NCBI RefSeq assembly: GCF_006345805.1
Contig: NC_043006.1
Coordinates: 78,678,001 to 78,742,000 of the forward strand
Source of the DNA: Octopus sinensis
Taxonomy: Eukaryota
Length of the DNA: 64,000 nt
Direction of reading: 5' to 3'
The notes under the pieces were generated by a model. The model saw nothing but the letters and a program-made list of their open reading frames with translations, had not been told where the DNA came from and ran no database searches. Below are positions 13,217 to 24,277 of this stretch, piece by piece. Every line of letters begins with the position of its first letter. Positions within the stretch are counted from its first letter, which is position 1. The position numbers and the translations under genes are program-made.

Positions 13217-13284
<68 letters not shown>

Positions 13285-13643
13285 AGCTGACGTACCCGGG
13301 AATTCCCGGGAAAGCGGGGCTTATCCTTTGGTTTCCGTTCTCATAATTGTTTCGCTAATCCAATAACAACAATACAAAGTATGTAGCCCTTAAAACGGTT
13401 TTTGTGCATTTATTGAGAATACCGAACTGTCTTACACAGGGTTTTGTTTTTAAGAATTCCCAATAAGTTATGAATCCTCAAACTGTGAAGTCAGTTATGT
13501 AATAACATGAAATTATTATTTAATAACATGAAATTATTATGTAATAACATGAAAAAAGATAAATGCCAAGCGTGGTTTGTGGAATTACTGGTGGAGAAAG
13601 GAGCTAGATGCTAATCTGTAGAGTAAGGTGTAGTTGCTGGAGT

Positions 13644-13978
13644 GAAGGCGCATGGCTCAGTGGTTAAAGCTTACGATCGTGAGGTTGAGGTTGTGAGTTC
13701 GATTCCCGCACCGGACTGCGTGTTATGTTCTTGAGCAAGACACTTTATTTCACGTTGCCCCAGTTGACTCAGCTGTAGAAATGAGTTGCGACGTCACTGG
13801 TGCTAAGCTGTATCGGCCCCTTTGCTTTTGCCTTGGACAACATCAGTGGCATGGAGAACTGAGACTGATATGTATGGGCGACTGCTAGTCTTCCATAAAC
13901 AGCCTAACCCGGATTTGTGCCTCGGAGAGTAACTTTCTAGGTGTAATCCCATGGTCATTCATGACCGAAGGGGGTCAC
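13644..13978 (+). mobile_element. SINE family C-related
   Basis: GAAGGCGCATGGCTCAGTGGTTAAAGC..GTGAGTTCGATTCCC head; CTTGAGCAAGACACTTTATTTCACG core motif. Confidence 0.75.
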
Positions 13979-14073
13979 CCTCCTCTTACCCCCAGTTGCT
14001 GGAATAAACAGTGGGACCATGTTAAGGGTGCAGAAAACTGAACGGAATAAAATTAATATGAACAGGTATTTAC

Positions 14074-15459
14074 CTTTTTAATATCCTTTTTATAACCTTG
14101 CACTAGCATGATCTTTCTACTCAAGGCCAACAGGGTGTTATCGTTGATTTCGTCGACAAATTCATCGTAGGAACATTGAATGCAAAGATTCAAGTTTTCG
14201 TTGTCACTGCCTATAAATGTAAAAGAAGATGATTTTGTTATACTAGGTACCATTTCAACAATATTTCTTGACACTGGAGCACATTTGTGAATTTCTGGGC
14301 AGGAGGCCCACTTACGCAACAGAGAATTGCGAGTCGCTTCGTGTGACGTATTCCAAAAAGCGCCAACAAAATATTGCGGCTTTTTATCGGTAAACGTTGC
14401 AGAGTACCTTTCATCCTCTCGCAGTTCAAATAGGTATTGAATATCTGTTAATAAATCAATATCTGGTTGGTCTTCTGAGTCACCGAAATAGACGTTATTA
14501 TTTCCGTCTGTGTTTACACCTGAATCTTTAGAATGGATAGTGGTTAATAAAGATTTATCCGAACATGTGTGTTTAATGTTTGGTGCGTCTTGATCTTTTA
14601 AGTTTATTATATCAACGAGCTTATTCCAGTATATCAGGTTTTTGTCTTTTTCACTAAAATTACACATTTCGAATATTCTGAAAGTGTTGTTTTTTATAAA
14701 AACACCTATTCTTCGAAAAGAATGGCTTATTATAAAAATTGTGATATTTTGTAAAGGAATTTGTTCTTGCAGTGTCAAGTAATTCAAAGTCTGCGATGCT
14801 GTAAGAAAAAACTCGTCTGTGAGACCAAGGTACAACTGATTAATTCCTATACCTTTGAGATTAAGTTCGACGAAAAAATATTCAAATATAATATTTTGAT
14901 CAATATGATGACGAGAGAAAAGCGCTCCCGGTGCTGTTTCCGAGCAAGTAATACGAGTTGAAAGTTCAACAGATTTGCCAACCAAGGGTTTCACCTTACG
15001 GACGGAAAGGTATCTTATAACAGTGACTAGATCTCGCCAGGTATAATGTGGAGACTTTGATTTATTGACACACAATTGAAATACTCTTAATCCACCATTT
15101 CTAAAATGTATACAAAATCTTCGTGTCTCTTCGTCAAAGATATCCAGGCAAACATGCGATAGTGGAATAGTTTCTGCTTTAGTACGACCTTCTATGGAAT
15201 AAGATATAATTGTTAATTGCTCGTGTTCTATCTTCACTTGGAGTTGATAACCTAAGACCTTCCCCGATTTTATTTCCGAGAATATGCCTTGAAACGAAAG
15301 TCTGCTTGGTGAAGAACTTCTTAAACGAGTGAACAATTCCTTTTCAGAATGTGAAGTTCTTGCCATTATGAAAACGTTTCGAAAATTAAATGGCATGCCA
15401 TGGTAAAAACAAACAAAACCCAATGTGTCATAGAAAGGAATATTTGTGTAAAACGTCAT
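14074..15459 (-). CDS. Large 5' coding exon (462 aa) of a PH-like x2 / RasGEF gene
   Basis: Non-repetitive 468-aa ORF with donor AAG|gtaaat at 14073, 6 codons before the ORF stop; internal duplicated module ending in W-containing helices. Confidence 0.85.
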
Positions 15460-15744
15460 AGAAACAGTCTCTAGTCACAAAAGATAAATAAGAGTCACTT
15501 TGTGATAATGTTCTCATTCGCTTACTTTTATTTCAAATCATTCCATCATGCTTTGGAATTGTTTAGTTTTAATTTTTGTTTAAATCGAACGGATAAATGA
15601 AGCAGTAGCACGTGATAAATGATTGCAATTTTTTCTTGATTAAATCATGAATTGTATAACAGTACTTGAGCAGTAAGATCTTTCCAGAAAACTTTGTGTA
15701 AAAATTAATAAGACACACATTAATCATAAGTCTTTTAGTCTTTT

Positions 15745-15958
15745 ACATATTTCAGTCATTTGACTGCGGCCATGCTGGAGCACCGCCTTTTTAGTCGAAC
15801 ACTTCGACCCTAGGACTTATTCTTTGTAAGCCTAGTACTTACTCTATCGGTCTCTTTTGCCGAACCGCTAAGTTACGGGGACGTAAACACACCGACATCG
15901 GCTGTCAACCGATAGTGGGGGGACAAACACAGACACACACACACACACAGAGACACAG

Positions 15959-16023
<65 letters not shown>

Positions 16024-16190
16024 CATACGACGAGCTTCTTTCAGTTTTCGTCTACCAAATCCACTCACAAGGTTTTGGTCGGCCCGAAGCTACAGTAGAA
16101 GACACTTGCCCGAGGTGACATGCAGTGGAACTGAACCTGAAACCATGTGGTTGAGAAGCAAGTTTCTTACCACACAACCACGCCTGCGCC
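15745..16190 (-). mobile_element. SINE family A
   Basis: Same consensus as 2872-3266. Confidence 0.9.
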
Positions 16191-16368
16191 TATTAGAGCA
16201 ATAATAGGAAATTTAAGTCAGCAAGGGAGCTCCCTGCATAGTTGATAGATATGCTAGAAATATCAGATAAGTCTCTCTCTTTCTCGATTCACACCTTACT
16301 GTCTTGAAAAGAAAAACAAACAAACAAAAAAGAAACCTGTATTGGATAATGTTAAAATACAGACAATA

Positions 16369-16777
16369 TACGAGGGTGAGTCAAAATGTAATGCCATTTT
16401 GTTTAGGACAGGTATAATTAGCAACACAGGAACATGTATCATGCATCAAAATGAAACTGGTCCTCTGTGGATCATATCCCCACTTCTCAACATAGTCACC
16501 GTTTCTTTCAATAGCAATGTTCCACCTTCGAATGAAAGCATGTATCCCTGCCCCGTCAAATTCTGTTGACTGTTCTTTGAGCCACTTCTTCACTACAGTT
16601 TTCACTTCCACATCACTGGAATAATTTAGCGCCTTCAGACTATCATTTCTTCGGCCCCATGAAAGAGGGTTTGAGAGGCAAACATTTTTCCAGTGACGAG
16701 GAAGTGAAAACTGTAGTGAAGAAGTGGCTCAAAGAACAGTCAACAGAATTTTACAAGGCAGGGATACATGCTCTTGC
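16369..16777. mobile_element. Rearranged mariner relic: 3' end on minus, fragment on plus
   Basis: TA+CGAGGGTGAGTCAAAA TIR-like end. Minus strand EVKTVVKKWLKEQSTEF..RRWNIAIERNGDYVEK; plus strand LAPSDYHFFGPMKEGLRGKHFSSDEEVKTVVKKW. Confidence 0.8.
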
Positions 16778-17086
16778 ATCTATGAATCTACAAGTATTTT
16801 CTTCCCTGTCTTTACAATTATGTCTGGTCGATTAGCTTTGATTGTTAGGCTCGATTAGCCTCAGTGTTGACAGGAAATTCCAAGAAGATGATGACATTTT
16901 GTCTTCAAACACTGACTCAGGATGGTGTTCATACCATTTAGCAGGAGTATCGATTTTGTAGTGTTAACATATTTTCCGGGGGAAATATTGTCCTACGCAA
17001 TCGTAGCGACTTCTACATTCGTTTCGTGCTAGCACAGGACTACTCGAAACGTGATAGTCCGTTGTTTTATCAAATGTGTTGCAGAA

Positions 17087-17135
<49 letters not shown>

Positions 17136-17686
17136 GAGTGAGAGAGCAGTGCATGCCATCAAAGTGATGGGGTAAAATATACGAAGCCCAGTATACCCAT
17201 CATGACTACCCGTCTGATAAGGGTACACTAGGCACATGCATCACTGCCATATGTGCGCGACATGGTGATCTCATATCAAGATAAACAGCGCATGACCTTG
17301 TAGGTGGGGCCCATTTAGAATTTTCTTCAGGTTGAGTTGCCCATACCGCTCAAAAGGTCCCAGAATAAGGGTTGTTTAAGGATGTTGAAACAACCACCCA
17401 TGTTTCCAGAGGTGAATTATTCAAACCCCAAAGAATCCCTCTTAACACATGGCTATGATACTCCCCCACTACTTCTGCTCGTGATCAGAGATGCACATAT
17501 CATCAGCCACTAAGGGACATACTCAAGTGGTTAAGGTCAAACAACTGACAAGCAAATCTGTGGTATTGAGCAGAATATTTGCTGTAGCCCATCTTTTATA
17601 CGAAGACAAAACAATGTACATGATAACACTTCCAATCAGTTAAGATCAGAAGCCATGAGAACCACTGCCTGGTACTGCATCAGGGC

Positions 17687-17689
<3 letters not shown>
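17136..17689 (-). mobile_element. Non-coding ~555-bp repeat inserted in (TAA)n (family D)
   Basis: Flanked by (ATT)n on both sides; homologous copies at 30872-31087 and 56939-57439 share the 3' end. Confidence 0.8.
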
Positions 17690-17748
<59 letters not shown>

Positions 17749-18689
17749 TGCCACTGAAAGGATGAAAGGCAAGGCTGACTTTGGTAAGATTTGAACTCGG
17801 AGCGCAGAGAGCCAGGACAAAATACGTAAAGCATTTTGCCTCTCGCTTTATTGAATCTGACACCGGCTCCAATCGAACATAACCCACTGATTGATATTGA
17901 GTGAAGGAGAACTGTACTGACACCCACCAGAGCGACTTTTAACTGCTTTTAGGTGGTAGCAGTACATCGATCTCTGACCCAGTTGAACAGAACCACTTGG
18001 TTCTTGGAGATCTTTAATAGAATTCATTCTGTTTTAAACATGAGGACCAGGTCCCTAGACTTGAACAAAACTCGATACTATATTTCCAACCACCATCAGT
18101 TTAAAGACACTGCGAAAGGTCATAGCTTCAATCCCTAACTTTTCTAACTGAATCATGATAATTTTCTTTTTGGTTTGTAAATGTAGCATTGTTCTACACG
18201 GTGTCATACTTGACTCTACATGTCGATTACTGAAGTCAAGGATTCAAATATTTGCGATGTACTTAGCCATTTACATTATCTGTGATATTCTACGATATAT
18301 CACAAATATTTTTGATACATCTCATTCAGACATTCGTATGTGAAATTTAAAAAAAATTACCCCATTCCTTTCGTATCGGCGTGGAGGTGCATAGTTTAGT
18401 AGTTAAGGGTGCTAAACTCATGAACTTGATATTGCAGTTTCGATTCCTGAACTGGGTAATGCGTTATATTCTTGAGCAAAACACTCCATTTCACGCTGCT
18501 CGAGTCCACTCAGTTGGCGAAAATGAATAATCCTGCGACAGACCGCAGTCCTGTCAAAGGGGTTGAATGTATACGCCACAGAATCTGGGAAACTGGTCTT
18601 ATGGGCTTATATGCGCGGAAGGACCTTTCATCCATTTTTAATGATGTATTGCTGGTAATCTTTACACCCTATACGAATGTCTATATTGA

Positions 18690-19080
18690 ATATGAGCAAA
18701 ACTACCCCCGTCCAATGGACGGTGCTGAGTTGTCACATATTTAAATTTTTTGGTCTCTTAAATATACTGCATTTTGTGGCATTATTTCAAGCCAGCCGGG
18801 TTTTTTTGCGCAAATTGCGCGTGCATTTTTCTCGCGTACGCGTAGTATCGATCGCAACAGCTGATGTACTTGCGCGTGTAAATGCACGTTCCCACGACTT
18901 TATCGATCGCATTCTCACCTGGAATCGATTTTTGTAGTTTTTTTCAAGACTTATACACGCCCTGATACATTCGGTATCTATATATCGAATTTGAGCGCAA
19001 TCGGATGGAGGATGCTCAAGATCCTAGAAGACACACACACAGACAGACAGAACGGATTTTATATAATTATATATATAGTC
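18690..19080 (+). mobile_element. HINE-like non-autonomous element, CpG-rich interior
   Basis: Subterminal hairpin CCGTCC-AAT-GGACGG; 3' ACAGACAGACAGAACGGATTTTATATAATTATATATATAG. Confidence 0.45.
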
Positions 19081-19409
19081 CGCTGAAAAATTCGTATACA
19101 CACTTAAAGAGAGGAAAAACCTGTATAAATATTTTTATTCAGCGTTATTCGATAAAACAACGAGAGAAGAATCTATATTTATGGAGAAATATATACAAGT
19201 TAAATATTTATGCACATTTTTCCTTTCCTGAAGTGTGTATACTTTTTTGGGGGGCGGGGGGGGGGACTTTGTGATGTCAGATTCGCTCCCATTGCTTCAC
19301 TTCCCCACTTCTAGTTAGCAAAACGGATACAATCATCCGCCATATTTATTTGTGTGTGTGTGTGTGATGCACGTATGCATATACGTTTGTGAGCTTATTT
19401 ATGTAAGTA

Positions 19410-19995
19410 AATATTCTTTTCTACTCTAGGCACAAGACCCGAAATTTTGGTGGGGTGATGCTGATCGATTAGATCAACCCCAGTACGCATCTGATACTTA
19501 AGTTATCGACCTCGAAAGGATGGAAGGCAAAGTCGACCTCAGCGTAATTTGCACTCAGAACGTAAACACTGATGAAATACCTATTTCTTTACTACCCACA
19601 AGGGCTAAACACAGAAGGGACAAACAAGGACAGACAAACGGATTAAGTTGATTATATCGGCCCCTGTGCGTAGCTGGTACTTATTTAATCGACCCTGAAA
19701 GGATGAAAGGCAAAGTCGACCTCAGCGGAATTTGAACTCAGAATGTAAAGGAAGACGAAATACCTATTTCTTTACTACCCACAAGGGGCTAAACACAGAC
19801 AGGACAAACAAGGACAGACAAACGGACTAAGTCGATGACATCGACTCCAGTGCGTAACTGGTACTTAATTTATCGACACCGAAAGGATGAAAGGCAAAGT
19901 CAACCTTGGCGGAATTTGAACTCAGAACGTACCGGCAGACGAACTACGGCTACGCATTTCGCCCAGTATGCTAACGTTTCTGCCAGCTCGCCGCC
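19410..19995 (-). mobile_element. SINE family B trimer (head + 2 x tail X + tail Y)
   Basis: Junctions AAAGAAATA|GGTATTTC at 19764 and 19581 (183-bp period). Confidence 0.85.
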
Positions 19996-20220
19996 TTTAA
20001 AGAAAGACAAAGTCAACCTCGGTGGAATTTGAACTCAGAACGTAAAGGAAGACCTGCGTGCTAACGATTCATTAAATAATGAATAACAAATGGTTCAAGG
20101 GAGAGAATTCTATTCTACTAACATAGTTGTCGAACTTCTCGTTATGTGCAATTAACATATAAATAAACCGTTGAAATATAATTTACTGAGGCACTCGTCT
20201 ATGAGAGTTGTTAATTTTTA

Positions 20221-20601
20221 GGAGCACTCCGTCGGTTACGACGATGAGGGTCCCAGCTGATACGATCAACGGAACAGCTTGCTCGTGGAATTAACGTGTA
20301 AGTGGCTGAGCACTCCACAGACACGTGTACCCTTAACGTAGTTCTCGAGGAGATTCAGCGTGACACAGAGTGTGACAAGGCTGGCCCCTTTGAAATACAG
20401 GTACAACAGAAACAGGAAGAAAGAGTGAGAGAAAGTTGTGGTGAAAGAGTACAGCAGGGATCACCACCATCCCCTGCAGGAGCCTTGTGAAGCTTTAGGT
20501 GTTTTCGCTCAATAAACACTCACAATGCCCGGTCTGGGAATCGAAACCGCGATCCTACGACCGCGAGTCCGCTGGCCTAACCACTGGGCCATTGCGCCTC
20601 C
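20221..20601 (-). mobile_element. SINE family C, full length, tRNA-Arg(TCG)-like head
   Basis: Reverse complement GGAGGCGCAATGGCCCAGTGGTTAGG..GGACTCGCGGTC..GGTTTCGATTCCC (A and B boxes). Confidence 0.85.
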
Positions 20602-21208
20602 ACTCGAGAGTTGTTAATACAGCACATCAAAAAGAGATGCTATCAATGGACGATATCATTACCTTTCAATGATGTGTTGATGTGTTTACATTTAAATATC
20701 CATGATACATTGCTGGCTGTTTCAAGCATCTTTGGTTTTCGTTTGATTAGCATATACATGGCCGAATCTCTAGCAGATCGGCAAAAATATTTAGCCGTAT
20801 TTCTTTTCGATCCTTACGTTCTAAGTTCAAATCCCACCGAACTCAACATTAACTTTCGTGTGTTTGGAGTCGATAAGATAGAGTAACAGTCAAGTACCGA
20901 GGTCGACTCAATCGAGTAACCACCACCTGATAAAAATACTAGCCTCGTGCTGAATTTTGAAAAAAAAAAATGATATGATAATAATTACAAATATAACGAA
21001 AGTTTACTACCAGCCAAACATCACACTTAGATTTCCCCCCCCCCTTTTTTTTTCTTTTTTCGCAAATAAAACAGAATTACCTTCCTTGCTTGAATCAACT
21101 AGGAGAAATAAATAGAAAAAATTGTGTGCGGATGTATGCGTGAGTTTTGTATAATTGTGTATGTGTCTGCATGATTTTAATTGCATGTATGCCTTTGGAT
21201 TTACATTG

Positions 21209-21352
<144 letters not shown>

Positions 21353-21367
21353 GTATATATATGTATA

Positions 21368-21448
<81 letters not shown>

Positions 21449-21589
21449 TAGATCAATAAATGGTGGGGTTGTGTTGACCGCACGTGGAGAAATGATAAGT
21501 AAGGAAAAATTTTTTTAAAAATGCAGAATGCTCAAATGAAAGAAAATTTTAATAAAATGAGAAATTGATAAAATATATAAATATATATT

Positions 21590-21630
21590 TATTCAACCGG
21601 TTTTCGTCATTGTATGACTTGTCAAGAATA
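21590..21630 (-). ncRNA. Variant hammerhead motif in the left Penelope arm
   Basis: Reverse complement identical to 27256-27296. Confidence 0.55.
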
Positions 21631-22263
21631 TTTATGTTTTAAGAAGTTTTTTAAAAAATTAGAAAGGGGAAAAAAAGAAAATTGCATTGTTTTTTGTAAA
21701 AGAATAATGATAAAAATGTACAAAAATTAAAAAATAAGTTCTCCGATACATTGTGAGTTCGTTGTGTATCTTGAGTTTTATGGTTGTTTACGAAAAAATT
21801 ACCTTGAGGTGTTAAGATCCAAAGGGATTAAGAGCATGTGTTGTGTTGTGTTGTTAAATTCAGCATGTTTGCAGGACAGGAAGTAGTAGTAATTGTGGTC
21901 CTGGTTCTTCAGTTCCTGTGTTGTGAGTAAGGGGAGACAACTCTTTTGAGTTCTTCAATAAAACCCAAATTATAAAACTATCATTTTAGCTTCATTTGCA
22001 CTATCTTTTTTATATAATTGCTTGTTAACTTAACTTTCAGATTTTAACACTTTATTTATATTATTTTCTAATAATATAAATCTGCATAGACAATTGCATT
22101 TCAAATTGTCATATCATTTATAATAAAAATGATAGTAATAACAACAATAGTAAAAATGATATTTAAAGAATATAAGTTTTAGCTTGAAGTGATGAATGCA
22201 TGGTATCTTTATATATTTGTGTTAGTCCATCCATGAAGAGTGAGGTAGAGAAAGGAAGTTTGA

Positions 22264-23675
22264 TCAACGAGGAGTTTGCATATTAAGTTGTGTTTGGAAT
22301 TTTTCAATAAAGAGATTCTCCTTGTTAATTCTCTCCTGTGTGGTGATCCCGTCTTTACATTGGTAGAAGGGGAATATATAGAATTTGGGGTTTAAGTCTT
22401 TAGCACATGAGTCTAAGTGGTCACTCAGTGGAATTTGTCGGTATTCCGGGAGATTTATTTGTTCTTTATGCACCGTTTACGTAACGGGAGACTCGTTTGT
22501 CCAACATAATTATGTTGGCAACCAGCGCATGTGAGAACGTAGATAAGGTTCTCGGAGGAACAGGAGAAGTTAGTCTTGATTTTAAACTTCGTACCTTGTT
22601 TGAAGGTAAATTCAGAGCCTTCAAGTAGAAAGGGGCAGGTACCACAGTTTGAGCGTGCACATTTTTTTACTGTTGGGGGTGGATGTGGTGTGTGAAGTTT
22701 GGCATTTGTCAAGAGTTTTTTTAAAGATTTGTGTTGCCTTTTGCATTTAAGGATTTTGTGTGTATTTATAATGTTTTTCATTTTTGGGTCTGTTGACAGT
22801 AGACTGAGGTTTTGTATGATTGTGGTGTATGCTTCGATATTTTTGGGGTTGTGGGTGGAAATGTATGGAAGTATTTTGAGGTTGTGTGTGGTGTTAGGTT
22901 GGGTGGTTTTCAGTGTAGTGTTGTCTAGTTCTTTGGCGCGTTTTATTCCATACTCTATAAGGGTGGAGGGATATTGACGTTGTAATAGTGTTTTCTTGAG
23001 GTCTTGAAGGCGTATTTCTCGTGTTTTTGGATCCGAGACAATGGTGCATACCCTTTTAGCTAAATTGAAAGGGATATTTGTCTTGTTGTGTTTTGGGTGG
23101 CATGAACTAAAGAGGAGGTATTGTTGTGAGTCTGTAGGTTTGTGGTAGATGTCTGTTATGATTTGGTTCTTAGGTGTTTTTATAATTAGGAGATCAAGGA
23201 ATGGGAGATGATGTTTGCTTAATTCCATAGTGAATTGGATGTTGGGATGTATGTTGTTTAGTATGGTTTTGAATTCCAGGAGTTTTTCATAAGGTTCTTT
23301 CCATATGATGAAACAATCATCTAAATACCTTTTCCAGTTTTCCATTTGGTAGGTGTGGAAAACCTGTCCAAATTTCTGGCTTGATATTTCATAGAGTGAC
23401 AGTTCGAAGTAACCCATTATGAGGTTCGCAAGGACTGGTGCAGCCTTGGTACCCATCGCAATGCCACATTTTTGACGGTAGTGTATGTCGTCGAAGAGAA
23501 AAAAATTGTTTGTCAGAATGAACTTAAGAGATTCTGTAATAAAAGACTTGTTAATGCGGTCAGGGAATGTCTCTGGGTGTTTTTCTAGCCAGAAGTCAAT
23601 TGCCTCTATACCATACTCATGTGGAATGTTGGTGTAGAGGTTGATGACATCAAAGGATACCAGGAGTGCCTCCAT
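22264..23675 (-). pseudogene. Inverted partial copy of the Penelope RT/GIY-YIG ORF
   Basis: EALLVSFDV..YLDD..CARSNCGTC..LIYVLTCAGCQHNYVGQT; 7-nt deletion near 22470. Confidence 0.9.
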
Positions 23676-24277
23676 TCATAAAAGTACCCACAACACAGAC
23701 TTCCACTGCACCCCATAAACACCATTCCAAACCGCACCTCAAATACACATACTCTCCAAACCCCCTCCTAACAGGACACAACCTCCCCCAACCATATAAA
23801 AAACCTCCCCCCCCCGAAACATCTCAAACAAGACCCACCACAAAACCTGGTTTTCCAATCACTCTAACACCCCTCCCCACCGATTAGAACCTTCAAGAAC
23901 CTCCCATACACTAGAAATTATCCCCCCCTCAAGGCTCCCCTCCCTCACACTAATAACAAACAAGGCATCCTACCCACACCGATACATATAAGACCCACCC
24001 AACGAACCCCCTATAGTCCACCCATCCAACAACCACATTCCTACCACATCTCCTACAGATCTCCAAACCCTCACATCCCACACGAACCCAATCACCACAA
24101 CTACATACCCCCCTACATCCCCCCATACAATCTACCAGACACACACCCACAAACCCATCGCATTTCTCACAAATCCTTACACCATCGCATCCCATACCAA
24201 CACAAATACGACAACTACCTACCCCCCTCCAACCTCCCCACCCAAAAACACTCCTACACATACAACCAGAACTTTAA

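Noticed and set aside
18800-18915. CpG-rich patch as a promoter island for the RasGEF gene
   Set aside because: It lies inside an apparent HINE-like repeat, and there is no independent promoter evidence.
20530-20601. tRNA-Arg-like sequence as a tRNA gene
   Set aside because: Continues directly into a SINE body found in several copies; acceptor stem is not intact.
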